A stretch of DNA of 62,073 nucleotides, the filler included, from Sphacelaria rigidula (Eukaryota): the NCBI GenBank assembly GCA_964200075.2. It is 8 parts of 8 records of this genome, joined end to end, with 100 filler letters (N's around TTAATTAATTAA, not from the genome) between each part and the next. Parts side by side here need not be neighbours in the genome. Positions count along the whole stretch, not along the records: positions 46,633 to 54,303 come from CAXNAA020013845.1; positions 54,404 to 62,073 come from CAXNAA020013846.1; 6 more parts are not named here. One strand, given 5' to 3'. Positions 49,084-61,356 of this stretch are shown piece after piece. The number at the start of each line of letters is the position of its first letter. The first letter of the stretch is position 1. Under the pieces are notes generated by a model, which was given only the letters and a program-made list of their open reading frames with translations, ran no database searches and was not told the origin of the DNA. A program made the translations under genes and the position numbers.

Positions 49084-49700
49084 TGTTCGAGAACGGTCCT
49101 AGGGTTACCTTGACCTGGTATCGGCTTATAGAGCCCTCCTGGAGTCAGAACAAGGTCACAAGATTGCTCCAAGAGCTTCCTCCCTCACTAGGGCCTGGAG
49201 ATTTCAAGACAGTTGTTATTCATAAACACACAGCCTTCGTTATCGGAAGTAACCACATGCTTAAAGCATGTGATGTTCAAATCCACATAGCCTCACGGGT
49301 GGCCACTGGGGTCTGTACCCTGGCCATTTTGGGACCTTATCCACCTTTGGTAAGGTCCGCGGATTGGGTAGACAACTGAGGAGAATTCGCACAGCATAGA
49401 CAGGATCGAAACAAACCATCTCGCAGTCTATAGGCGGGTGATTCCCCTGTAGACTGGAAATGTTTTGTTTCGAACCTGCCCATGCTGTGCGAATGCTCTT
49501 CAGTTGTCCACCCAATCCGCGGACCTTACTAAATGTGGATAAGGTCCCAAAAAGTCCAGGTTACAAACCCCAGAGGCCACCCGTGCTGCCGATCAGACCC
49601 GCAAGTCCATCAACCAATAGAAAACGCCTACAGCAGATTGTTCCACTTGTAGATCATCATGAACCTGCACGTACGTGTACCGGAGGTGGACTACTCTACA
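49084..49700 (-). mobile_element. 3' LTR of gypsy family B (contains a 292-bp foldback insertion)
   Basis: Minus strand: PPT-like TTTTGGGGGGTGC, then TGTAGAG...GAACA. Homologous to 60060-60357; family A integrase resumes at 49083. Confidence 0.75.
49294..49585. mobile_element. 292-bp foldback element
   Basis: CACGGGTGGCC...GGCCACCCGTG; the arms pair almost to the centre (~49440); CT on both flanks. Confidence 0.85.
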
Positions 49701-50000
49701 GCACCCCCCAAAACTCCGTACTACTCGAAGTAGACGCGAGTTTGACAAAACAGTAGACACCGATTATCACGTATGCTACCTTCGTCCCCCCGGTAGTGAC
49801 ACACGACCTTGTACTGTCATGTTCCACAAAAACAATAACGTGCACAACCTTAAACATCGACACTCAAGGACAATGTCTCAAGCGAACTCAGGGAAGTCAA
49901 CCATTCTTCAACTGTAATTTCCACGTAAGTATTTTCACACAAAGCAAAGGTGTCAAGTAAAGTACCATCTCAACCAGTAGCATTCGATATCATCATACTT

Positions 50001-53000
50001 TCAAAGCTTCATAACATACTTTGCCTGCAAACGTGCTCGCACCTTTTTACTTAGTCCCAACTTACGCAGCTCAGATTTTACAAATTGCGGGGCTCCGCCC
50101 ACAATATTTTCCAGAGGCTCCCACGAGTTTTCATCTTTGCCAAATCCGACCCACGCCACATGTACATAAAATCCATCGCCTGCTTCGTCCTCAGATATAC
50201 CGACCATAGCCGCCATCTCAAACTCGCCTTGTGCAAAAGCATACTGGAATATCTCGTTAACATCAGCCGTAATCTTCAGCTCCTTGTCCGCATAAAACCG
50301 AAGGTGGGCGACATGCACATCCTGTACTTCGCCATTCACGATGTTGTGTACCCCGTACACATGTTGTTGTTCCGCCGTCACAATCCGCCAAGGCCCCGTC
50401 CACGTACTCACAAGCTTCGGCGTAGTTCCCGAACGCCTCACCCTCGCCGCCAGCACGTAATCGCCCACCACAAAGTTAGGAAGCTTTCCTTTACTAGCCA
50501 CACGTCTCTGTAGATCGCGATTCTTGTCGACACGCTGCGCCACCTTCTTGTGCAACTCTTGCTGAGCCTCAACGATTGACGTCACCTGTCGCCTCAAATC
50601 GTCTTCGTCAAGCACATCGACGCTCCATTCGCCCCCAGTTGACGATGCCAAAGTAGAGAAACTGGTGCGCGGTGCCCGGCCAAACATAACCTGGTATGGC
50701 GTGCTAGCATAACGCTCTCGGAAAGCAGCGTTCAATGCCCACTGCACTGCAGGTACCAAACTCACCCATTCACGAACATCACGCCTTTCCTCTTGCAACA
50801 TCGTCTTCAAGGTACGAATAATCTCACGCATCATTCGCTCCCAGGTGCCATTAGACCATGGCGAGTTAGCAAACGCGAATCGGTGATCCAGCTTCAGCGC
50901 CTTCTCAAGCGCTGTCATTACACGATTCTTGAAATTCGATGCCGTATCGCTGACCCACACCTCTGGCGACCCCAGCGTTTTGCACCATGTCAACAGATGC
51001 TTCACCGTCGTGGCCGCCGTACAAGACTCCGTGGGCTCCAACCACACGAAGTTGTACAAATCGTCCATCACGATTAACATATACTTAAACCCGTCTCCTT
51101 CGTCCAAGCCACTAGTTCCCAGGGGGCCCCTCTCGCCAACGTAGAGAAAATCAAAATGCAGCACCTCCCCTGGGCGTGTACCATGAACCGTGCCCCCGAA
51201 GGGACGCGGGACCTTCTCCCCCGCCTTGGAATCCAAACAGTGTAGGCACTGCTTCACAAACTCAGTCACATGAGTCTCCATCCGGAACCAACAACAATAC
51301 TCTTGTAAGCGCTGTAAAGTTGCCACAACCGCTTGGTGACCAGCACCTTTCATGTGAGCGCATACCATCAAGCGTGTTTGTAGTCCTCTTGCTTCCGGCG
51401 GGATCCACAATACATCCCTTCCTGTAACATGCACGCGAAACAAACCCTCACCGCCTTTGAAGACAGGCCTAACAGCGGCAGTAAATGTCTCGGCCCCGTC
51501 AACCATACCTCCTACCCCTCACGGGCTTGCTCTTGGGCTTCACGAACGGCCTCTTTCGACGGTAGCGTCTCATCAGGCCCTCCACTTGCAAAAACAGCGA
51601 TGGCTCTCACAGATACCGCTGGAACGTTCACCCACCGGGACAGTAGATCTCCCCAGCAGTTACGCTCACCAGAAATATGCCTGATTGAAAAATCATACTA
51701 CCCGAGTACAATCTTCCATTGTTCAAGGCGCTGTGCAGCAGTTTTCGCCAGTGTGGTCACGCATGCTTCGGGATCAAAAATATAAGCGAGATTGCGATGG
51801 TCCGTAAATATGGTCACTCCTCCCCACAAAAGATACTCCAACCTCCGAAACGTACTCACGGTGGCATATCCTTCCTTGTTCACCGTAGCCCACCGCAACC
51901 GCGCTCCTCGAAACGCCCACTAAGAAATCCCAGGGGCTCATGACTCATGTCTTCACCGCTATATCACGGTCCAATTCAGCTCTCGGTACCTGGGTCATGA
52001 AACTACCCCGATGAAGATCCGACGCGTCTGGAAACATCATCACCTCATAGCCCTCCTTGGGATGTGACAGAGCAACAGCATGTGTCACCAAATTTTGCGC
52101 CGCTGTCCAAGCTTGCGCACGCTCAAATGTCCACGCTGCCTCCTTGATTTTCCTGTTTGAAGCAACCCGCTTTGTACGACGCACGTTGCCCACCATATGC
52201 TCCTCGAGCAAAAGACGAAGTGGCTCCACCACTTCAGCAAGGCGCGGAAGAGACGTCCGCAGCCAATTCACCTCTTGCAAAAATTGCATCAACTAGCCCG
52301 CGGTTTGAGGACGCCTCATATTCGCCAAACCGCTCAGCCGGTCCCTGTCGTGAGCCACCTGTCCACCCGAGACAACCTTTCCGCACCACGTAATTTGCGT
52401 ATCATAAAACATACACTTGTGTGCAGCCGCAAAAAGACCAACATCCTCGAGGCGGTTTAAAATCGCATTCAGCCGCGCACAGCAAGTCATCTTCATTTGC
52501 CCCCCACCACAAGATGTCATCTACCCACACCTTACATGGAAGTCCAATCAATAGCTTCGTCATAGTGCCCTGAAAATACCTCGTAGCGTTGAGTACTCCT
52601 TTAAGCACGCGCGTAGGCGTACATAACCCGTCAGGGGTTGCAATAGTAAAGATTTCTTGGGCATCTACCGCCAACGGCATCTGCCAGTATCCCTGCAGCA
52701 TGTCTAGCTTTCCAAAACAAGCAGCCCCTAGCAAATCCGCCATCTCCGCTTATTGGTTTGGTATCACAGTCGGCACTTTCTCAATCTGCTTATTAACGGC
52801 ACGGTGATCACTCACCAGTCTGAAACTACCATTTTTAGGCGTTGCAACAGCCGCGCTCGCCCATACTGCCTGCAAACTGCGATAAACGAGCCCGAGCGCC
52901 ACCAACATCGCCGTGCAACGTGCCAACCATGCCATCTTAACCGGAGAGTATGCTCGCGGCCTAGCCTTAACTGCCGTAGCACCAGGTTTGAATGTCACCT

Positions 53001-54303
53001 TGAGAGGCTTGACACGAGCGGGCGGATCACCCCGTAGCGCTCGCCGAAAAGCATTCGCACGGCGGTTTACAAGCTCGCAAAGCTTGCCCACGCCGCTCTC
53101 GGACATACCATTATTGGCAGCTACTAGTACCGCCTCCTCCAGCGCGACCTTACGCTCAGCCAGCTCTTAATCGGGGGCCATACTCATCTCCGGACCGCGC
53201 GACACCAACCGCTGGACTGAGGGATGCACGGGCTCCTCCCGATCACCTTGATGCTGCAGAGCCCCAACCGCGATGTTGATACGTCGACAATCCTTGAATT
53301 CAGGCGTATCTACACCACGCACCGAAGTGTTTCTCGCCCGCGCACAGGCACCTAAACTACTGTACACGTCGATGCCAAGTTCCTCTAGCATAGAGCTCCC
53401 CATGATAATGACATCATCGGTACCCGGCATGAACGCATAGGAGCATGGGTTCAATACAACCGGACCCCAGCCGGTGTGCAAAGCGGTGAGGACAGGGCAA
53501 GTCTTCTGCTTCACGTGCTCAACATTGCCATTTGCTTATTTCACCAACTGTTCACCAGCCATCGGTCTCACCACTTTGACATCTGGAAACATGGCTTGCA
53601 ATTTCGCCGCCATACCAGCTGACATGGTCGTAAGTCCAGATCCTGAATCTAAAATAGCCGTGACCGGACAAACATCCTTTGACCCTGCACTCGGAACAGA
53701 CAAGTCGGCAAGACACCATCTTTCCTTGTTATCTACTTGCATACCCTCAGATTGAAAACCTGACACCTCACCCGCTTTGAGCGATCTCCATGCTGGCACC
53801 GCCTCAGATTTCGAACCCGGGAACGAGTGCGATGAGATGGTCTGCTGCACGCCACTAGTAGAAGCGACCGGTTCTGGTGGCAACGTCGCCCCCCCGCTGG
53901 GAGCACTTTGTCCATCGGCTGAAAAGACAGCCCTTGTAGGGGCGGGACCCGTGCCCCCTCCGCGAGGCACCTGTCCAGGGCCCTGTGACAGCTGCTGCTG
54001 TTGCTGCTGCTTGTCGCCAGCCTTCGTCTGCCCACTGTCACTACGTTGTGACCAGCTTGGTCTTGCTGCTTGCAATCCTTCCGGAAATGGCCCTTGTCTC
54101 CACATATGAAACATCCTGCAACAACAAATTGTGCAAATTGAGGTTTACCTCCGAGATGAGGTTCAAGCCTAATACAGTGCTTTCCCCACACTTTAAGCGA
54201 TGGTGCCCAGTGACGGTTTTATCGGCCTAATGCCCCGCGATCGCGTAGATACTTCTTCAGCGCAATTCGCCGACTCTGTGAGCCTGCAGCTCTGACCGAA
54301 ACC
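50001..54303 (-). mobile_element. Ty3/gypsy family B (chromovirus-like) gag-pol, decayed
   Basis: Zinc knuckle CFICGDKGHFRKDC; protease ILDSGSG; RT LDMLQGYWQ..VWVDD; RNase H PDASD..KEGYA..TDHRNL; integrase HMKGAGH..CLHC..HFDFL..VSDTAS..SNGTWE; chromodomain VAWVGF..NSWEPLENI. Stops and frameshifts occur upstream of the 501-aa integrase ORF. Confidence 0.95.
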
Positions 54304-54403
54304 NNNNNNNNNNNNNNNNNNNNNNNNNNNNNNNNNNNNNNNNNNNNTTAATTAATTAANNNNNNNNNNNNNNNNNNNNNNNNNNNNNNNNNNNNNNNNN
54401 NNN
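54304..54403. other. Artificial contig linker
   Basis: N44 + TTAATTAATTAA + N44. Confidence 0.98.
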
Positions 54404-54469
54404 AGAGACAACCAACTAGACTACTGACTGGTCAGCGCTGACCAGTCAGTAGTCTAGTTGGTTGTCTCT
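54404..54469. repeat. Perfect loop-less 66-bp palindrome at contig start
   Basis: 54404-54436 is the exact reverse complement of 54437-54469. Confidence 0.95.
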
Positions 54470-54715
54470 TAAACAGTCACAAAAGCTGACTGGTCTGTAG
54501 TCTATTTGGTCGTCTCTTAAACCGTCACAAAGGTTAGTCGTGTGGGTTTGATCCCCGTCACTTTCCCTCCGGGGAGGGCGACTCCTCGTGCCAGCGCTCT
54601 TCGACTGCCATGAAGACCTCTAGTGTTGTCGCTTTCACCGTGTCCTAGAGATACTCGTCTCCCCCACTTATTCCGAGAGCGTGTGCACTAGAGTTCTTAG
54701 CAGTCAACTTCAAAC
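54437..54715 (+). mobile_element. Probable tRNA-derived SINE with a duplicated 48-bp head
   Basis: Two tandem units with A-box-like TAGTCTA(G/T)TTGG, then B-box-like GGGTTTGATCCCC; abuts gypsy RNase H sequence at 54716. Confidence 0.45.
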
Positions 54716-55913
54716 GTGAGCCATGAGCCGATGAGGTTTTTCAGCGGAACTTTTCGCGGAGCGCAGGTTCGGTGGGCTACGGTGGACAAGGAAGGCTATG
54801 CAATCGTAAGTACTTTCCGTAGGTTGGAGTACCTTCTATGGGGTGGGGTATATGTCTTCACGGATCATCGCAACCTAGCATACACTTGTTTAACCCCGAG
54901 GCGTGCGTTGCATCCGTGTGCAAGACTGCTGCCCAGAGGCTGGAGCAATGGAAGGCTGTGCTCGGGCAGTACGATTACTCCATCAGGCACATTTCTGGTG
55001 AGCCCAACTGCTGGGTAGATTCATTGTCAAGGTGGGTAAACGTTCCGGCGGTGTCTGTGCGTACTGCGGCCGTGTTTGCGAGCGTTCAGCCTGATGAAAC
55101 TCTGCCGTCGAAGAGCGCTATTCGTGAGGCAGGCCCAAGCCGGGTTCGGAGTGATCGTTGTTGGAGCCCCTAGTTTTGCAGCAGCTGTTAGGGCTAGTTT
55201 CGATAGACAGTGAGGGTTTATTTCGCGTGCATGTCGCTCGGCGGAATGTGTTGTGGATCCCGCCGCAAGCAAAAGAGCTGCAGTCACGCGTGATGGCGTT
55301 TGCTTACATCAAACGGGCGGGCCATCGGGGTGCTGTGGCGACACTGCAGCGGCTGCAAGTACTGCTGTTGGTTTCAGGGCGAAGCTCATGTGATAGATTT
55401 TGTGAGGAAATGCTTGCATTGTATGGACTCGAAAGCGGGTGAGACGGTCCCGCGGCCACAAGGGGAGGCGGTGCATGGCACACGGCCTGGTGAGGTGATG
55501 CATTTTGATTATCTGTACGTTGGCGAAAGTGGTCCGCTGGGCGAGAGCGGCCTGGATGAAGGCGACGGGTACAAGTACATATTTGTAGTGATGGATGATC
55601 GGTGCAATTTCGCGTGGTTGGAGTCGACCGAGTCTTGTACAGCTGCAGCGACGATGCAGCATCTGTTGGCGTAGTGCACGGCGTTGGGTACGCCGGAGGT
55701 CTGGGTTAATGACACCGCGTCGCATTTCAAGAACCGTGTGATGCCAGCACTGAAGAAGGCGCTGTAGCTGGACAGGAGGTTCGCGATTCCCAACTCGCCG
55801 TGGTCAAATGGTACGTGTGAAAGGACCATGCGACAGGCTGTCCGTACCTCGAAGGCCATGCTGGAAGCAGAGACGTTCGTGACTGGGTGGGACTGGTGCC
55901 TGCCGTACAGTGG
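54716..55913 (+). pseudogene. Gypsy family B fragment (RNase H to integrase core)
   Basis: WATVDKEGYAIV..TDHRNL; CLHCMDSKAGE..MHFDYLYVGE; ends at ..VPAVQW. Confidence 0.92.
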
Positions 55914-58900
55914 TGTAGACCTAGCGAGCATTGTTACCTAAGGTCAGGGACTTTGTAGGTGGTGATGCGGGTCTGATTGCCGGATTCTGTGATGGTGAAC
56001 TCCATTACGAGTACAGCCGGTTTTGCTACTCTGGTGGAGAGAGGCTATGGCCATCTTCTCCTGTACTATGCTGAGGGTTAATACATGAATAAAATCAGCT
56101 GCTGAAGTCCATGTGCCCGTGATGGGAGAAATCCACATGGCAATCTGATCTTGAGTGACAGAAGTCTACGATGAACGTTCATCAAGTCCGCTAATGGCGG
56201 TAGGTCCGCTGAAAAGCAGCTGACACTTCGAGATAAGGAAGTTTGCAGGCCTGATCAGTTTGCAGTAAACAGGACCAGCTCAAGGCGTGTTAACGTCGCG
56301 AGGAGTTGGAGAAGTAGAGCCGAGGAGGTTCTGAGGCAGTGCTATGGCGGGCTGTGGTTTCGCTCGTGCGTGAGGTGCGGGGGGTCGATCGACAGCTGGC
56401 GAGCCCAAGAGCGTTCCAGAAAAAGCGGCGAAATTACTGCCTAGTTGAGCCAGCGAGGGTTGCGTGTTCCACGCTTGGCCAGGTACGGCCAGGAAAAGGA
56501 GTTTAAGGACTTCAAACACGTGGTGAGACCTGCTTGAGGAAGAGGCGCTGTTTCCATTGTCGTTGTAAGGTGGTACAGCGCGTCTCGGTGTAAGGAGAGA
56601 GTTGTTGTTCCTGTGAGTGGGACACGACTTCGTTTATCAAAAAGGTCGTGTGAAGTGCTGTACTGCTGACCGAAATGGATGAGGTGCAGGAATATGTCAT
56701 CGTCGATGGTCGTGTTGTTCCTGTACTGGCGCCGGAGATGCCGTACTACGGCCGCAAGTTCTCGAGCGAGGAATCGGCCGAGTTTTTACGCAAATACGAG
56801 CAATATTTGCGAGATATAGATCAGGTAAACGCGCGGTGAACAAACCTCTTTGAGGTGGCAGCAGTTTCTGAGCTCATGGCGAAGCATATTACGAAATGTC
56901 TGTGTGACACGTTCTTGAAGCATGATTATGATGTTGGCATGCGCCGTCTTGGGGGGGCTGCTTGCACTTTGACAGCCGAGAAGCATGTGTCTGCCCGAGG
57001 GGACAGGCACGACAGTACACCCGCCGAACGTGCAGTAGGTGCTGCGCGTTTGAAACAACGGTACAGGGCAGATGCTTGCACTGCGGAGCCGAGAAGCATT
57101 TGTCTGCCCGAGGGGATAGGCGCGATAGTGCACCCGCTGAACGTGCAGTTGGTAGGGCGCGTCTTAAACCACGATACAGGGCAGTTGTTCCCACTGTGCA
57201 GAGCGGGAAGGAGACGCAGCACGTGTCTGTCAAAAGGGGTACACATGAGAGCGCGTCCGCCGACAGTACTACGGTAAGCATTGGTTTGGATGGTGCTGAT
57301 ATTGCTGTTTGAGAGGGCGAACATGCCGCGCAGCTCGAGCGGACTGCAGGCAGCTCAGCTGCCGCTGTTGCCGTTCAGGAGAGCGCTGAGCAGGAGGTGG
57401 TGGCTGAGACGGGAATATTTGATTCAGCCGCTGCTGCCGCTGCTGTTGGAAGCGCGAAGCCAACTTGCTCCGATGAGCTAGCGCTGAGCGGCAAAGGTCC
57501 AGGTTGCTTGTGGCCGCCGGACCAGAGCGTAGCTGGAGATACTCCTTGCATGCTCGAAGCTGAAAAGGGGTGTTATCTTCGTGATGAGAGTGAGCAGAGA
57601 AAGCTTGGGGCTTGCCGTGCTCACGGTGAATCTATCTGCTCCAGTGACATGGCAGGAAATCGTTCAGATGATTCGCAGGGGTGTCTGCTTGAAGGATAGG
57701 TGGATGCCGGGTTGGCGGAATTGCCGCCGGAGCAGCGCGTAGCTGTGGACACGCCTTGTATGATCGAATCAATAGGGGTGTGTGACCCGCGTGAAGCGGG
57801 AACGGAGCGCGAGCTGCAAGCTCGTGATGCTGTTAGTGATCACTATTCTGATGGCGACGACGAGCGTCGCGTGGTGTTGGGGTGGTCGTGTGCACTGCTG
57901 TTTACATGGACAGCTTTGGCGTGTTTGACGGCGATGGCGGAGGTGTCTCCACTGTTGCGCCGCGGGGTGTTTGAGGAGGATAGTGTACCATCGGGAGGTG
58001 TTGCTCAGCGGGACTGTATGGATGTTCCCGTTTCGCCTCTGGTTTCATCTGTAACACTGACTGAAGCACAGGTGTTCCGTACTGCCCAAGTATCTGTGGG
58101 GGCAGATGATCTGTCGTATTGGTTTGGCGATGCGAATATACCTTTTAGAGGCGTGTTGAGCTACACCATGCGGGTGCCGGGTGTAGCTAGACTAAAGGTG
58201 CAAGGAGGGAGTGTCCGAGAGGAAAGGCTGCTCTACGCTGTGCAGTAGGTTGTGAGTCGAGCGCTGCTGTTTCTCAGGAGTAGTCTGGAGGACTACAAAG
58301 AAGGCATTACCTCAGGTGTCTGCTGCTGTGGTGAGCGCCGAGTGGGGTGCTGATGTTGACGAGCAAGTGCTGTGGTGTTTGAGTGCTTGTTGAGAATGAG
58401 GAAATACATTATGACCGGTATTCGCGAATCGTTTTGAGAATGATTTCAGCTTGTTATTGTGTGGTTTGTGGTCATGTTTGAGCATGAAACATGGTTGTTG
58501 AGCGAGTATGATCGTATCTCGTGTGCAGGGTAAAATTCTTGCGTACACGTGGACATTTAGGATGTGTCTTATGCTGATCTGATTGGCACGGACGATGCAT
58601 GGTGTTCGCTGCGAGGAAGGCGACATTGCATGTGCCGAGTGAAATGTTGGCATGCATGTGCGGATTTTCATATGCTGCGTGGAATTCTGGCAGGTATGTG
58701 CGAATTTTTGCTCAAATTGTACTGATATGAATGGTATCTGGTGACGACCTAGGATTGGGCAGTTTTCGATATACTGCTGTATGCTAAATGAAGAGAAGCT
58801 CGTATAATCTTGTTCGCGCAGGAACACAGTCGAATCATATTTGTGCGGTTTGCACGTACTGACTGCAGGATATATGGTGGAATGCTGCTGTCAGCGTGAA

Positions 58901-60059
58901 AATAAGCTGAAAGATACAAAATGCGTAGGCTCGTCGTATGAGAGCAGGTATGACGCGAGTGCTTCCGGTGGTTGAAGATGAAGACATCATGCGCGCATGC
59001 ATCGATGATCTTTGACCGTGGCACGTTTTTTGTATGGATTGTCACGTGTTTGAACGAGAACGTGGTTGGTTTTTCGTTCATGTCAGAAAGAGCATGTGGA
59101 TGATGCGTCCATGAGTTTGAAAACGAAAACACGAGGAGTGATCAACGATGGCAGAGGTCGAGGTCCGTTCGCCTTCGTTGGATTGGTATGCATGACTTCA
59201 ACACTGGTTTGAGTCATGGCTTCCCTTTGATTGTCTTATTGAAAAGTTGCAAGTCGAAGACTTGAAGCTTTGACGCCGGCGGGGAGGCATGCGATGCATA
59301 CATTTTTTACGGTGTTGCATAAGCAAGAGGTCAGGTACGTTTTGGACGTGTTGGGTGCTTATTTCCTTCTTGCGTGAGGATGATGTACTATTTGGCTGTT
59401 GCACTCCGTTGCGCAGGTGTTGAACGTACAAAGAGTTCATTTTGTATGTTGAGAAGAACTTGTCTTGGATGAGAGGGACGATAAGTCACGAATGCTCTGG
59501 AATTTGACGTTTGCTGACATTTCCGGTTTCGTGCCGATGAAGAGTCAAGATACTTGTTTTGGGGAAAGATTTGAGAATTCGGCGCTAGCTATCGCTTCGT
59601 AACTCGAAGTGATGCAAGTAGCATGATTGCATGTTCATGATGGACGATATTTTGTCGAGATCTCTTGCGAGTTCTTTGAAAGTGGGGCAAGCTTGTCTGG
59701 AGCTGTTGTCGAAACGACGGTACTATCAGGCACCAATGATGTCTGAGTTTGTCAAGCTCTGATGTAAGTACTTGTTAGTAGTAGCGCGCTTTGGGGGTGC
59801 TGTAGACTCTAGCCATCATTGTTACCTAGGGTTGGGGACATTGTAGGTGGAGTTGCATGTCTGATTGCCGGACTCTGTGATGGTGACCTCCATGACGAGT
59901 AGGCTTGATTTTTGCTTCTCTGGTAGAGAGAGGCTATGGTCCTGTTCTCCTGTACTATGCCGAGGGTTAATGCATGAATACGTAAAGCTGCTGAAGTCCA
60001 TGTGCCCGTGATGGGAGGAGTCCACATGGTAATCCGATGTTGAGTGACAGAAGTCTACA
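55914..60059 (+). mobile_element. Non-autonomous gag-only LTR element (family C, TR-GAG/LARD-like)
   Basis: LTRs at 55914-56170 and 59801-60059 (TGTAGAC...GTCTAC[G/A]); PPT-like TTTGGGGGTGC. Gag-like frame from ATG 56675 (AEFLRKYEQY..) and knuckle relic CLHCGAEKH; no RT/INT motifs seen. Confidence 0.85.
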
Positions 60060-61356
60060 CGACTCAAAGTGGGGATGACTGACGAGTGCCGGAACCGGAG
60101 CTATGAACCTGCCTGGAATCAGAACAACGTGACAGTGCTGCTCCAGAGGCTTCCTCCCTGTCACGGGCTCCAGAGACTTCAAGACTCCAAGCAGATATAC
60201 AAACAGCAGTCTTTGTTAACCAGAAGTGAGGTTCATGGGCTTTCCTCACGAACACGATAGATCACGCATCCAATAGTCATTCTCCAACCAATCAATCCAC
60301 GATCCACCGCATATTTACATGTTGCATGTATATATACTGCAGGTGGACTACTCTTCAGCACCCTCCAAAACTTCGCACTACTCGGAGTAGAAAGCGACTT
60401 TGACAAAACAGTAGACACCGACGATACCCTACGATGTCGAAAAGAGACAAGCATTCAATATCAGACCGCATCAGGTCAAATCACGATGCCCCCCCCCAGT
60501 ATAATCCTATGACACCAGCACGAGCTACTCCAACATGTTTGGTAAATAATAACCAAGCGGTATACTCAACGAACACCAAATTGCATAGTAGAATCCATGA
60601 ACTACGCCAACAACCAATCACAGCTTGAAACCCAACCAAATCAGAGCTTTACTTTAGGCCATACTAAGCCAGCAAACGCGCCCATACCTGCTTTTCTAGT
60701 CGTAAATAACGCAATTCAGAACGTGCAGACTGCAGGACTCCTCCCAAAATGGTTTCCAGTGGCTCCCATGAGCTCTCATCCTTGCCGAAACCTACCCATT
60801 CCATGTGCACAACGAACCCATCACCGTCTTGAGCCTCGGACAAGTCAACGATCGCCTCCATCTCAAACTCTCCTTGAGCAAACGCATACTGGAACACTTC
60901 CTTCAGATCCGCGGTGACCTCCAGTTCCTTGTCCGCATAGTACCGAAGACGAGCGACATGCGCGTCCTTCACCTTGCCATTCACGATATTCCCAATCTCG
61001 TAGATATGTTTTTGCTCCGCTGCCACGATCCTCCAAGGCCCTGTCCACGTACTTACGAGTTTCGGCGTTGTTCCTGAGCGCCTAACCCTCGTAGCCAACA
61101 CAAAGTCACCCACCATGAAATTCGGCAACTGTCCCTTACTAGCTACACGTCGTTGCAGTTCACGAGCCTTCTCAACACGCTGCGCCACCTCCTTGTGCAG
61201 CTCTTGCTGCGCCTCCACGACTGATGCCACCTGCTCCCGCAGCATGTCCTCATCCAGCACATCAAGTCGCCACTCGCCGCCGGTCGACGATGTCAGGGTC
61301 GAAAAACTTGTGCGCGGCGTCCGTCCGAACATCACATGGTAGGGCGTACTGGGGTA
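60060..61356 (-). mobile_element. Gypsy family B 3' part (integrase C-terminus, chromodomain, partial LTR 60060-60357)
   Basis: MFGRTPRTSF..STWTGPW..EWVGFGKDESSWEPLE matches the C-terminal part of ORF 50001-51506; PPT/LTR junction like 49700. Confidence 0.92.

Noticed and set aside
49084-49172. N-terminus of the 284-aa ORF 48318-49172
   Set aside because: These codons are family B LTR sequence read through by chance; the family A protein resumes at 49083.
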